A stretch of DNA of 29,009 nucleotides, taken from positions 1-29,009 of IMG/VR virus record IMGVR_UViG_3300005605_000014; one strand, 5' to 3'. Below the pieces are notes generated by a model that had not been told where the DNA came from, did no database searches, and saw nothing but the letters and a program-made list of their open reading frames with translations. Origin of the DNA: a virus. Lineage: Duplodnaviria; Caudoviricetes. Of the stretch, positions 1 to 8,511 are shown piece after piece. The first letter of the stretch is position 1; the number at the start of each line of letters is the position of its first letter. A program made the translations under genes and the position numbers.

Positions 1-1287
1 ATAACTACTCATCAAATCAACAACTAAACTGACTGTTGCTTTACCTAATCTTGCCCCAGTGCGTGGTCTTTCGGTGCCTTCATATTTAAGTCCAGACCCA
101 CTTTTATCAGAGCTACTATTCGCCTTCACCTGAAAACTTACCTTATCATTAGCGCACCAGATAACTGTGTCCTGTGTAATAGGACCATCTTTTGCCTCAT
201 CAAAATATGAGTGTGCTCCAGAGAATGCATATTGTTTTTTAAATTCTGTGTCACTTCTATCAGAAATAAATTTCTCTGTTGTGTTAACTGCCACATAAAT
301 CATTTCCTGTCCTTTAGTAATCTTCTTTAAAGACACTCCTATGATTTCATGACTGTTGTATGCATTCCTCAGAATACTATTCAACTGCTCAAGATTTACC
401 ATGGCACTTGCACTACTCTTAGGTCCATCATATTTACATGATGCTTCAATCTGTCTCTTCCACTTATCTTTGTTTTTAATCAACCAAATATCAGCTGGAT
501 TCCAATTATCTTTTTTTGATATGCCATAATTTTTATTAATAAAATCGCTTATGTATTCCATAAAAGAATCACTGGAATCCGACCCTGGTATGGTATACGT
601 TGTATTGTTAGCGTGATACTTCCCTCTATTAAATTCTGTAAATGATGGACTAGAAATCACTCGCAGGAATGCTCGATTAGATTGATAGAAAGTATCTAAC
701 CATGAGTCATCTGGTCCGTCTGGCATCTTCCCAATCAGAGTCCAAATATCTACCAACTCTTTCCAAGTCTCTTTATCTTCTTTAATATCGTCAGCACTAT
801 TAAAATTTTTATTTCTTTGTATTGCTTGACGCATTACCCATAAAACTCCCAACTCAGACATTGCTGTCATAGCAGCTGCGCTGACTTTCACTCCAGCAGC
901 ATTTACATTGAGTTTTGATGTCTGCACAAATTTAACTACTTGTGGAAGTTTACCTCCTTGGAAGTTATAGTTTTGTGCAAACTTAATTTCTACTTCCTGT
1001 CCATTTTTATAGTTGCCAATGTTGGGTTTATTTTTATATGCGTTAATAATTTTATTTACTGTGGCAGCCCCAGTTTTAATAACTATATTACTTAATCCAC
1101 TTCTTCTAGCATTAAAATTTGGCATGGCAATAAATTCACCATTCATAAAACTATCATCGATTTTAAATTTCGTTAAATCAAGTTGCTCAACCCCAGCAGC
1201 TTTCATCACAGCAGATGCAGTTTCTTTATTCTTTTTCGTCTTAAAAGATTGGACGAATCTTAGTGGTGATAAACTTACCCAAGCCAT
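1..1287 (-). CDS. Large hypothetical protein (>429 aa, runs off the left end), probable PD-(D/E)xK-fold nuclease
   Basis: Not in the ORF track because it has no stop in the window. ATG at 1287 follows GGAGG at 8 nt spacing. Frame reads MAWVSLSPLRFVQ...TAMSELG...KKDNWNPADIWLI...HEIIGVSLKKI...GARLGKATVSLVVDLMSSY at position 1. The E...PAD...SLK spacing resembles restriction-endonuclease-like active sites. Confidence 0.75.
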   Translation of the reverse strand, partial: MAWVSLSPLRFVQSFKTKKNKETASAVMKAAGVEQLDLTKFKIDDSFMNGEFIAMPNFNARRSGLSNIVIKTGAATVNKIINAYKNKPNIGNYKNGQEVEIKFAQNYNFQGGKLPQVVKFVQTSKLNVNAAGVKVSAAAMTAMSELGVLWVMRQAIQRNKNFNSADDIKEDKETWKELVDIWTLIGKMPDGPDDSWLDTFYQSNRAFLRVISSPSFTEFNRGKYHANNTTYTIPGSDSSDSFMEYISDFINKNYGISKKDNWNPADIWLIKNKDKWKRQIEASCKYDGPKSSASAMVNLEQLNSILRNAYNSHEIIGVSLKKITKGQEMIYVAVNTTEKFISDRSDTEFKKQYAFSGAHSYFDEAKDGPITQDTVIWCANDKVSFQVKANSSSDKSGSGLKYEGTERPRTGARLGKATVSLVVDLMSSY

Positions 1288-1289
1288 AT

Positions 1290-1325
1290 AAAAAACCTCC
1301 CGCAAAGTATTTAGGGAAGGTCTTT
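1290..1325 (-). promoter_or_regulatory. RBS-sequestering hairpin/terminator with a T4-type late promoter (CTAAATA, 1308-1314) in its loop
   Basis: Minus strand AAAGACCTTCC-CTAAATACTTTGC-GGGAGGTTTTT-T: 11-bp stem (2 G-U) whose 3' arm contains the SD GGAGG, and a U run at its 3' end. Confidence 0.7.
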
Positions 1326-1508
1326 AAGATAGTCTTTTTCTGATTGATATGGATGTTTTTCTCCAGACCATATCTGGTATCCTTCTATTACTTCTGGCAA
1401 TAACCACTGGTCAACACGATAGCAATATTGCCAATTAACTGGTTGAATACAATTCATTACCACCACTTGGAAAAAAGCTACCGTGTGAATCCAGAGTGTT
1501 TGCATCAT
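1311..1508 (-). CDS. Small hypothetical protein (65 aa) with hydrophobic N-terminus
   Basis: Start overlaps the upstream peptide stop (ATGA). AFFQVVVMNCIQPVNWQYCYRVDQW resembles small cyanophage hypotheticals (from memory). Confidence 0.75.
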   Translation of the reverse strand: MMQTLWIHTVAFFQVVVMNCIQPVNWQYCYRVDQWLLPEVIEGYQIWSGEKHPYQSEKDYLKDLP

Positions 1509-1576
1509 TTTTTAGGGGTAAGTTTGTAGGCACCGAACAGTGTTCCAGCGATAAGAGCGATCATTAGAATTTCCAT
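1505..1576 (-). CDS. 23-aa single-pass membrane peptide [23 protein letters not shown]
   Basis: Exactly fills the gap between petF (TAATG overlap at 1574-1578) and the 65-aa ORF (ATGA overlap at 1505-1508). Hydrophobic core with a basic C-terminus. Confidence 0.65.
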   Translation of the reverse strand: MEILMIALIAGTLFGAYKLTPKK

Positions 1577-1863
1577 TAGTAAAGTTCCTCTTCTTTTTCT
1601 GAGTAGATTACTACATCACTGGTGGGATATGAAACACACATTAGAAGAAATCCTGCTTCCAATTGGTCATCATCTATAAACGATTGCTCTTCTTGGTCTA
1701 CTGTACCACTTTCAATTTTACCAGCACAGGTACTACAAGCACCAGCACGACATGAATATGGCATATCTAAACCTGCCTCATCAGCAGCGTCTAGAATATA
1801 TTGGTCTGGAGCACAATCAAAAGTAGATTCTGTACCGTCTGGTGCTTTAATAGTTACTTGCAT
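1576..1863 (-). CDS. petF: Plant/cyanobacterial-type [2Fe-2S] ferredoxin (auxiliary metabolic gene)
   Basis: [12 protein letters not shown] (CX4CX2C) plus a distal Cys in LMCVSYP; [25 protein letters not shown]; 95 aa, acidic. Confidence 0.96.
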   Translation of the reverse strand: MQVTIKAPDGTESTFDCAPDQYILDAADEAGLDMPYSCRAGACSTCAGKIESGTVDQEEQSFIDDDQLEAGFLLMCVSYPTSDVVIYSEKEEELY

Positions 1864-1892
1864 CAGTATATTTTGTAGGTGCTAACTATATA

Positions 1893-2315
1893 TTATCTAT
1901 CATCAGAGGCACGATTTTCAGAGAAGTAAGGGTCAAAAGTTCCTTTAGGATATCTCTTCTCTAGTTTCTCTACGTTCCTTACGATAACGTCATCAAAAGA
2001 TATGTCCAAAGCCATACAAGCTTGTGCCACATACCACATAACGTCACCCAACTCAATAATAAGATGCTCTCTATTGTCGTCATTCCAAGGTTTACCTTGA
2101 AACACCATCTTCTTAATGATCTCAAGGAACTCACCAGACTCAGCAGCAAGCCCAACGCCAGCAGTGGTAAGACGTTCAATATTGGCACCCTGGCGGTCAA
2201 GGTCACCCAGACGGTCAGCAAGACTGACAAAATCTTTAGAACTATCGGATGTGACAGCATCTACAAACTCTTCATACTTAGAGAAATCAATATTACGTTT
2301 CATAGTCTTGGTCAT
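1893..2315 (-). CDS. mazG: MazG-like nucleoside triphosphate pyrophosphohydrolase
   Basis: GLAAESGEFLEIIKK...ELGDVMWY...NVEKLEKRYP (EXXE...EXXD); canonical position after gp41 in cyanomyoviruses. Confidence 0.93.
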   Translation of the reverse strand: MTKTMKRNIDFSKYEEFVDAVTSDSSKDFVSLADRLGDLDRQGANIERLTTAGVGLAAESGEFLEIIKKMVFQGKPWNDDNREHLIIELGDVMWYVAQACMALDISFDDVIVRNVEKLEKRYPKGTFDPYFSENRASDDR

Positions 2316-3691
2316 ACAATAAATTCAGTAAACTTAGTAAATTTGTTTTTGGTTTGAGGTTGCTCCTCATATTCGTATTCCTCATCAGCGATCGTGATTG
2401 AAGAATCTGGGACATCGACATTATACAACTTCATTTTTGACCTGTCAACACCAACGAGAAATTTCTTATGATAATTTAAATCGTTGTATCTGTTTTTCAA
2501 TTGCTTTACAAGAATGTGACCATCCTTTTCCAAATCCTCTGTAGAGATGAGAGCAAACATAAGGTCAGCAGTAGCTGGCAAGCCAAAGGACTCACTGGTA
2601 TCAGTGAGATCGACATCAGAATTACCATACCCAGACCTAGTAGTCTGGGTAGCAGAAACGATTGGAAGATTGAATTCCACTGCCAACCCTCGTAGTTCTT
2701 CAGCGATTGCTTTGACATATGTATAGGAGTTTACAATAGCTCCTTTGTATCTTGCAGAGGCACAGATATTTAGATAGTCAATAAAAATGATATCTGGTTT
2801 AAAAGTCTTCTTCAATGACAACTCATTAAGAAGAGACTTAAAGTGTCCAACGTGTGCAGATGCAGTAGGGTATTCTTTGATTATAAACCTACCCATCGTC
2901 TTGCGTCCGATGTCTTTGATACGAGATGTGAAAATAGTTTCGGGAAGTGATGCAATATCTCTGATATTTACATTAAGAAGATTGGCGTCAACACGCTCAG
3001 CAATCTTTTCCTCAGACATCTCACATGTAATGTAGAGGACATTCTTTCCTTGCTGTAATGCCTGAGCAGCACAGTGACACATGAATAGAGACTTACCTAC
3101 ACCTGTGCCTGCCAATGCTACATTGAGAGTCTTATTAGGAAGACCACCTTTTGTAATTAGATTGAATTTCTCCAAGTCAAAAGGCATCTTATCTTCTTCC
3201 AGATGGTAGAAATCATAACGCTCTTCGACGTTTTCGATGTAGTCGTGACCGACGTGCTCGTCGAAAGATACCGCCAAGGCTTCTTGGAGTATGCTGGGTA
3301 TCGCATCCTTTGAAACTTTCTTCTCTCCTCCATCAGCAATCTTGATCGATTCAAGTAAGGCGAGATAGATTGCTCTGTCTTTACACCACTTCTCCGTCGT
3401 GTCAAGTAACCAGTTGTATTCAACGGAGTCATCATGAAGCGACTGAATCGTCTTAACAGCGTTTTGATAGGTCTCATCATTAAGGTCTTTTCTATTTTGT
3501 AAGTTGATAATCAACACTTCTGAAGTGGGCATCAAGTCATAGTTACTTGCAAAATCCCACACCTCTTCGTAGATTACTTTTTCATGTTGCTCATCAAAGT
3601 AATCTGGTTTTACGAAGGGGACAACCTTTCTATAAAATTGCTCATTACACAGAAGGTTGCGTAGAATAGTTGTTTCAATTCTCTCACTCAT
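2312..3691 (-). CDS. gp41: Replicative DNA helicase (T4 gp41, DnaB-like)
   Basis: Walker [46 protein letters not shown]. Start adjusted to MSERIE at 3691. Confidence 0.96.
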   Translation of the reverse strand: MSERIETTILRNLLCNEQFYRKVVPFVKPDYFDEQHEKVIYEEVWDFASNYDLMPTSEVLIINLQNRKDLNDETYQNAVKTIQSLHDDSVEYNWLLDTTEKWCKDRAIYLALLESIKIADGGEKKVSKDAIPSILQEALAVSFDEHVGHDYIENVEERYDFYHLEEDKMPFDLEKFNLITKGGLPNKTLNVALAGTGVGKSLFMCHCAAQALQQGKNVLYITCEMSEEKIAERVDANLLNVNIRDIASLPETIFTSRIKDIGRKTMGRFIIKEYPTASAHVGHFKSLLNELSLKKTFKPDIIFIDYLNICASARYKGAIVNSYTYVKAIAEELRGLAVEFNLPIVSATQTTRSGYGNSDVDLTDTSESFGLPATADLMFALISTEDLEKDGHILVKQLKNRYNDLNYHKKFLVGVDRSKMKLYNVDVPDSSITIADEEYEYEEQPQTKNKFTKFTEFIV

Positions 3692-4706
3692 CGCCGCTAC
3701 CATACATAAATTCTTTCTTTGCTGCTTCGTCTAATGCTTGCATTATTTCGGGGGTGAAATATTTTTCGGGATTAGAAAGTACAACAGAAGGATAAACGGA
3801 AGATTCCCCAAAAACAATCCTATTACCCCTGCGCTGGAAGACTCCGTATTTCTGACCCAATTCCAATAGTCCATAATACTTGTCAAGTCCGCGTGAGTCA
3901 TAGAATAATCGTGTTTCAATTTGTGAGTTTTCTTTAGTGAATCTCGATTTCTGTGTCTTCACCTTAATAATATTTCCTACAACATCAGTGCCATCTTTTT
4001 CTTTCTTCTTAGAAAGGAAAAGAATACTAGATGCAGAATATTTCAATCCAGTACCTCCACCCATTTCTTTTGTAGGGACATAAGCACCAACAACTTCATA
4101 AGTGTGGTTGGTAACGATAAGTGGAATACCTGCCTGTCCAAGTTTGAGTGACAGGATACGGAAGATGGATTTGATAACCTGAGCACGGGTCATGTCACGG
4201 GTCTCTTTGCCATCAGTAGCATCCTGCACTTCCTTGGAGGTAGACAGCATCCCAAGAGAGTCTAGCACAAAGAGCAGAGGAGGTCTATCCTCTTTCTTCA
4301 ATTTCATATATTCGTCAACAACCTTAATGCTCTGGGTGCGAAACTCCTGCACAGTAGTGACAGGGACCAATCCCACACGCTTCACATCAATGTCGCGAGT
4401 CTCCATCATGTCCTTAGAAATAGCAGATTCCGTCTCAAAGTAAATCACCTGAGCATCTGGATTCGACTGAAGGAAACTCCTGACTACCGAGAGGGCAAAG
4501 AAGGTTTTACCTGTGCTGGACTCTCCTGCAAGCGCAGTGATTTTGTTTGCTGGGAGACCACCAAAAATGCTCCCAGACACAAGAGCATTGAGGATGTAAG
4601 AGCCAGTGTCCACAAACGAATCACAATCCCCCGTGGAGACGCCTTCATCAACCACTGTTGCATATTCATTATTCAACTCCTTAATAACATTGTTTAGAAA
4701 ACTCAT
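3684..4706 (-). CDS. uvsX: RecA-like recombinase UvsX
   Basis: AGESSTGKT Walker [26 protein letters not shown]. Confidence 0.96.
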   Translation of the reverse strand: MSFLNNVIKELNNEYATVVDEGVSTGDCDSFVDTGSYILNALVSGSIFGGLPANKITALAGESSTGKTFFALSVVRSFLQSNPDAQVIYFETESAISKDMMETRDIDVKRVGLVPVTTVQEFRTQSIKVVDEYMKLKKEDRPPLLFVLDSLGMLSTSKEVQDATDGKETRDMTRAQVIKSIFRILSLKLGQAGIPLIVTNHTYEVVGAYVPTKEMGGGTGLKYSASSILFLSKKKEKDGTDVVGNIIKVKTQKSRFTKENSQIETRLFYDSRGLDKYYGLLELGQKYGVFQRRGNRIVFGESSVYPSVVLSNPEKYFTPEIMQALDEAAKKEFMYGSGDE

Positions 4707-4712
4707 AATACC

Positions 4713-7205
4713 TCAAAAGAAACTCATTAGATTGCCACGCTTTTCGGACTGCCATCCAATAGATTCTAGCACATTTCTTAGTGGGTCAAGAAATGACTTC
4801 TCAAACTGTAATTGATAATCTACATACTTCTCAAGATTCAATTCCGTGGGCAGTTGCTGGAAAAAAGAAATTACATTTTCACCAATAGGGTTTGGTGTCT
4901 TGAGATAGATAAACTTAATCTTCTCTCCCTCTTGAATAACAGGATATTTATTTTCTACATTATTTTTCCTGACATAGTGATTATAAAGCAACGCACCCCT
5001 AACATGAATTGGAGTGCCCTTAGCATAGATGTCTGTGCCATTACGATACTTGTCCAGACCATTAACACCGCGAGGGAAAGCAATGTTTAAATAATTTTGC
5101 TCACGAGTATCTCCTTTGATTTCATCAATGAAACTAATGACATCATCATTCTTTTGGGTAATGATAATCTTGAATGCTGTGTATAGTTTATCACGGAAGT
5201 ATGCAGGTGTCGAGGACCTAGCAGTTTCCAATCCCATGATTTTCATCTTAGGCTCAGCATATCGGACTCCTTCGCTATCCCACACGTTGAGAATGTATCG
5301 CTTCTTAGCAGTCCAGATGCCACGCTCAGCGATATTCTCACGCTTCATCTTCATCTTCTGATCGTACGCCGCCAAGTAATCAGACAATTCCTGATATGAA
5401 CATTCAATAAAAGGTTCCAGTTTCTCTTGGCATATCTTGTCAAGTATACCCACAATTGCTGTTTTGTCGCCAGACTTAGCACTAAAAAATTTATTAACAA
5501 GAGGTCCGAGATTAAGATAGATTGAGTCAGTGTCTGATGCAATGACGTAATCCTCCTTGTCTGTAGAGAGTAGTTTATTTAGATATTCATTTACCTTCTT
5601 TTCAATCCAACGAATAGACAGTTGTCCAGAAAGTGTGATGGCTTCTGCAATCTCCAACTTATAATAACGGAAGTGCTCATTGCCAATCGCGCCATAAGCA
5701 CTGTTAAGTTGAATCTTACGTGCCATCTGAATGTTGTTACATCTAGAAATCTCTTTCCTCAATTCCATAGTAGGAGTTTTTTCGTATTGCTGCTTTGCAG
5801 CAAGCATCTTCTTCTTATAAATCGTGCGGTCCTGATAGATTTTATCCATCAGTTTAGGCAAGAATCCCTGCTCCTTGGTTGTGTAATGAGTGCCGTTGGC
5901 ACACATTGTTTCTCCTACAAGGTCAGAAGTGTCATGATCTTTGTCTAACAGCATATCTACATTGACACTACTACGACGTGATAGGAGCGTCTCTGGAGAC
6001 AAGTTGTATTGCATGATAAGGTGAGGGTATAGAGAGTTAAGGTCAAACGATACCACCCAGTCATACATGCCAGGGACAGGCTCTTTCACATATGCACCAG
6101 CATACTGGGTGTCCTTAAAAGATTTCTGCTTAGGGGGAATAGCAATCTTCTGTTTATCAAGATAGATGAAGATAATATTATCCCACATACGGACCTGAGA
6201 GTATACATCTTCATAGTTTACCTTGGCATCATATGCCATGGTGAATGCCAACTCCAGAAGTTTCATCTTGTCGTCAAGACGGTCTACCAGACGCACGTCA
6301 TGGATGTTATATTCAACAAACTTGTGCCAGTCATTTGTATAGAATTCTCTGAAAGTATCAAACTCAGAGTGGTCAAGTTTCTTCTGCTCCAACTCCACAA
6401 ATGCGATGTGGTCTAAGCGATATGATTCCTGGTTAGTATAAGTAAACTTCTTATATAACTCAAGATAATCAAGACAAGAAACACCAGTGATGTCATATGC
6501 AATCTGCTTACGACCCTTGATATAAATTTCACGGTCAGAGACCATCTTCCATGGAGACAACATCCTGGTGTATTTGTCGCCAATCATACGAGTCATACGG
6601 CGACAGATATATGGAATATCGAATAGTTGGACATTCCATCCAGTGATTACATCGGGGATATTTTGTTGCCACCATCCCAGAAACGAGTGGAGAAGTTTTA
6701 TCTCATCGTCACAATGAATGTAATCAACCTGCTTATCTTTATTAGGGAAAGCTTTGCTACCCCACACAGTGATACGATTGGTAAAAGAATCATGCAAAGA
6801 TATAAGAAGAATCTCTTGGTCAGCAGATTCGATGTTAGGAAAACCATTCTCTGCTCCCGTCTCGATATCAACCGTGAAGACACGAATGAGAGAGCTATCA
6901 AATTTGACTTCATCTCCTGGATACTTGTCGTTAATGTATTGGTATAAGTATCTAGTATTACCATGAATCTCAAATTCTTCAACGTCAGCATACTGTTGCA
7001 AAAACTGACGACAGTCAGAAATTCTTCCTGGCATTACACGACGCAAAGGACGACCGTCGAGACTTTTGTAATCTGTTACATCTTTTTTTGAAGAAACAAA
7101 AAGGGAGGGTTTGAAGTCCTCCCTGTATTGCACATCCGTGCCATTCTCATGGGCACGGACAAGAATCTTGTTACCAACTTGCTCAACGTTCTTGTAAAAC
7201 TTCAT
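4713..7205 (-). CDS. gp43: Family B DNA polymerase (T4 gp43)
   Basis: Exonuclease DIET, GWNVQLFD, YNIHD; polymerase SFDLNSLYP, KIQLNSAYG, ASDTDS, KKRY. Start adjusted to MKFYKN at 7205. No intein or intron is evident (about 830 aa). Confidence 0.97.
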   Translation of the reverse strand: MKFYKNVEQVGNKILVRAHENGTDVQYREDFKPSLFVSSKKDVTDYKSLDGRPLRRVMPGRISDCRQFLQQYADVEEFEIHGNTRYLYQYINDKYPGDEVKFDSSLIRVFTVDIETGAENGFPNIESADQEILLISLHDSFTNRITVWGSKAFPNKDKQVDYIHCDDEIKLLHSFLGWWQQNIPDVITGWNVQLFDIPYICRRMTRMIGDKYTRMLSPWKMVSDREIYIKGRKQIAYDITGVSCLDYLELYKKFTYTNQESYRLDHIAFVELEQKKLDHSEFDTFREFYTNDWHKFVEYNIHDVRLVDRLDDKMKLLELAFTMAYDAKVNYEDVYSQVRMWDNIIFIYLDKQKIAIPPKQKSFKDTQYAGAYVKEPVPGMYDWVVSFDLNSLYPHLIMQYNLSPETLLSRRSSVNVDMLLDKDHDTSDLVGETMCANGTHYTTKEQGFLPKLMDKIYQDRTIYKKKMLAAKQQYEKTPTMELRKEISRCNNIQMARKIQLNSAYGAIGNEHFRYYKLEIAEAITLSGQLSIRWIEKKVNEYLNKLLSTDKEDYVIASDTDSIYLNLGPLVNKFFSAKSGDKTAIVGILDKICQEKLEPFIECSYQELSDYLAAYDQKMKMKRENIAERGIWTAKKRYILNVWDSEGVRYAEPKMKIMGLETARSSTPAYFRDKLYTAFKIIITQKNDDVISFIDEIKGDTREQNYLNIAFPRGVNGLDKYRNGTDIYAKGTPIHVRGALLYNHYVRKNNVENKYPVIQEGEKIKFIYLKTPNPIGENVISFFQQLPTELNLEKYVDYQLQFEKSFLDPLRNVLESIGWQSEKRGNLMSFF

Positions 7206-7488
7206 CAACCTCTTCGTCAACCTCTTCGTCAATCACGGATGGGACCACATCGATGTATGCTTTTACAACGTCTGCATTTGGACTAATGATAGTCAGGATG
7301 TTGTCAGACGAGAAGAGCACCTCTTCCTGGTCAGTATAGCACGGCCATGGGCGAAGGTCAACCTCGCTCATGACTTCGTATGGTTGGATTAGTTTGCAGT
7401 TTGGCATACCGTAGTCAGCAACAATCTCTTCGACTTGTGCGACTACATAAGAATCATTCCTCAGTAGCAGCAGTTTCAGATTCTGCAT
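7183..7488 (-). CDS. Sm-like-fold hypothetical protein (~101 aa) with acidic tail
   Basis: Start MQNLKL at 7488 after GAAGGTG. Pattern LRPWPCYTDQEEVLFSSDNILTIISPNADVVKAY resembles cyanophage Sm-like proteins (from memory). Confidence 0.7.
   Translation of the reverse strand: MQNLKLLLLRNDSYVVAQVEEIVADYGMPNCKLIQPYEVMSEVDLRPWPCYTDQEEVLFSSDNILTIISPNADVVKAYIDVVPSVIDEEVDEEVDEVLQER
7205..7232. repeat. 12-bp tandem repeat (TCAACCTCTTCG x2.3)
   Basis: Copies at 7205-7216 and 7217-7228, partial at 7229-7232. Encodes DEEVDEEVD and duplicates the GAGG upstream of the gp43 ATG. Confidence 0.9.
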
Positions 7489-7861
7489 CACCTTCTTCCT
7501 CCTCTTCTTCATAAGTCAATTCTTGAGTTTCAGATTCTACATCACCTTCTTCCTCCTCTTCTTCATAAGTCAATTCTTGTGCAAACCTTTCCATGTAAAC
7601 ATCAAGGATACCTTGCTCTACATCGCTAACAGAAACTACAGCATCGTATGGGACATTGAAAGTAATGTCAGGTGTGAAAGGATTCCACTTGCTGAAATTT
7701 ACAGAATACTCCTCTGCGTCATCTGGTTTTGGATTAAGTGTAAGAATATAAGGACACTTAATATTTAAGCAAATACCTTTGCCAGTTTTCTTGTCAGTCA
7801 TTTCAGAAGTGCCAGCAATGACACGCTCCCCAGATTTGAATACTAAAATTTTTGGGACCAT
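7454..7861 (-). CDS. Sm-like-fold hypothetical protein (135 aa) with duplicated poly-Glu tail
   Basis: ILVFKSGERVIA...CPYIL...FSKWNPFT...VVSV; SD GAGG upstream; C-terminal (QELTYEEEEEEGD[V/A]ESET)x2. Confidence 0.72.
   Translation of the reverse strand: MVPKILVFKSGERVIAGTSEMTDKKTGKGICLNIKCPYILTLNPKPDDAEEYSVNFSKWNPFTPDITFNVPYDAVVSVSDVEQGILDVYMERFAQELTYEEEEEEGDVESETQELTYEEEEEEGDAESETAATEE
7472..7579. repeat. 54-bp tandem duplication, one mismatch
   Basis: 7472-7525 and 7526-7579 are identical except ttctGca versus ttctAca. Confidence 0.95.
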
Positions 7862-7883
7862 AATAACCTCTTACTTACGTTTT

Positions 7884-7912
7884 ATTATACCACAGATAAA
7901 AAAAATGGGCAA
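7884..7912 (-). promoter_or_regulatory. Sigma70-type early/middle promoter for the Sm-like pair/gp43 operon
   Basis: TTGCCC (7912-7907)-N17-TATAAT (7889-7884), with extended -10 TG. Confidence 0.7.
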
Positions 7913-7938
7913 GGGTTGACTGTGACCAACCTGCCCAT
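7898..7938 (-). terminator. Intrinsic terminator after hsp20
   Basis: ATGGGCAGGTTGG-TCACAG-TCAACC(CT)TGCCCAT, ending in a T8 run. Confidence 0.85.
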
Positions 7939-7963
7939 GCGGCGACGATACGATTTATTTATT
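7898..7963 (-). ncRNA. Candidate ~55-nt late small RNA
   Basis: Late promoter AATAAATA (7963-7956) overlapping the hsp20 stop, then a single-stranded ATCGTATCGTCGCCGC and the terminator, with no ORF between them. Confidence 0.35.
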
Positions 7964-8405
7964 CAGTTAAAAATTGTTGGTCTGAAGTTACCGCTTCGCC
8001 AATATTGTATGTAACTTTTTTCTGATGGTCTGGAATAATTTTCTCTAGAGAAACAGATAACAGTCCATCAATATATTTAACATCGGTTACTTTTACATCA
8101 TCTGCTAGTTGCCATGAATTGTTGAAAAAGCGTTTTGATAATCCTTTGTGGACATAGCTGATGTCAGAATTTGTTTTCTGATGTCTGCTGGCAACTCGGA
8201 GAATGTTAGATTCTGTAGTGACTTCAATCTCCTCTGCTTTAAATCCTGCAAGAGCAATTTCAATTTCGTAGTTACTGTTATCATGCTTGATGATATTATA
8301 GGGCGGGTAGTTTGTATTATGTCCAGTCATCGAATCTAATCGTTGAAATACTGTATCCAAACCAACTCCAAAGGGAGCATAAATGTCCCAGGCGTATTTT
8401 TGCAT
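7959..8405 (-). CDS. hsp20: Small heat-shock protein (Hsp20/IbpA family)
   Basis: NYPPYNIIK, YEIEIALAGF, YVHKGLSKRFF, DGLLSVSLEKIIP. Start adjusted to MQKYAW at 8405 after AAGGAG. Confidence 0.95.
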   Translation of the reverse strand: MQKYAWDIYAPFGVGLDTVFQRLDSMTGHNTNYPPYNIIKHDNSNYEIEIALAGFKAEEIEVTTESNILRVASRHQKTNSDISYVHKGLSKRFFNNSWQLADDVKVTDVKYIDGLLSVSLEKIIPDHQKKVTYNIGEAVTSDQQFLTE

Positions 8406-8471
8406 TTTCTTTCTCCTTGAAAAAAGCGAGTTATAGAAAGGACCCCGAAGGCATCCATGCAAATATTTATT
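8406..8471 (-). promoter_or_regulatory. Late promoter plus two-hairpin 5' leader of hsp20 (ROSE-like RNA thermometer candidate)
   Basis: AATAAATA at 8471-8464. Hairpin 1 GGAUGCC-UUCG-GGGUCC (8456-8440). Hairpin 2 CUCGCUU-UUUUC-AAGGAG (8430-8413) pairs the SD with a bulged G. Confidence 0.6.
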
Positions 8472-8480
8472 AGAGAACAT

Positions 8481-8507
8481 AAAAAATGGGAGTGTAATTT
8501 CCCCCAC
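8481..8507 (-). terminator. Intrinsic terminator after regA
   Basis: GTGGGGG-AAATTACA-CTCCCAT followed by a T run. Confidence 0.75.
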
Positions 8508-8511
8508 AAAA

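Noticed and set aside
1013-1291. 92-aa hydrophobic plus-strand ORF
   Set aside because: Antisense shadow of the long minus-strand ORF (1-1287), which has a strong SD and recognisable motifs.
4713-7205. Possible intron, intein or split in DNA polymerase (also checked helicase, portal and capsid)
   Set aside because: Frames are continuous with normal lengths and no splicing motifs.
7472-7579. CRISPR-like array
   Set aside because: Only two adjacent copies with no spacers, inside a coding region. No CRISPR array or tRNA was recognised anywhere in the window.
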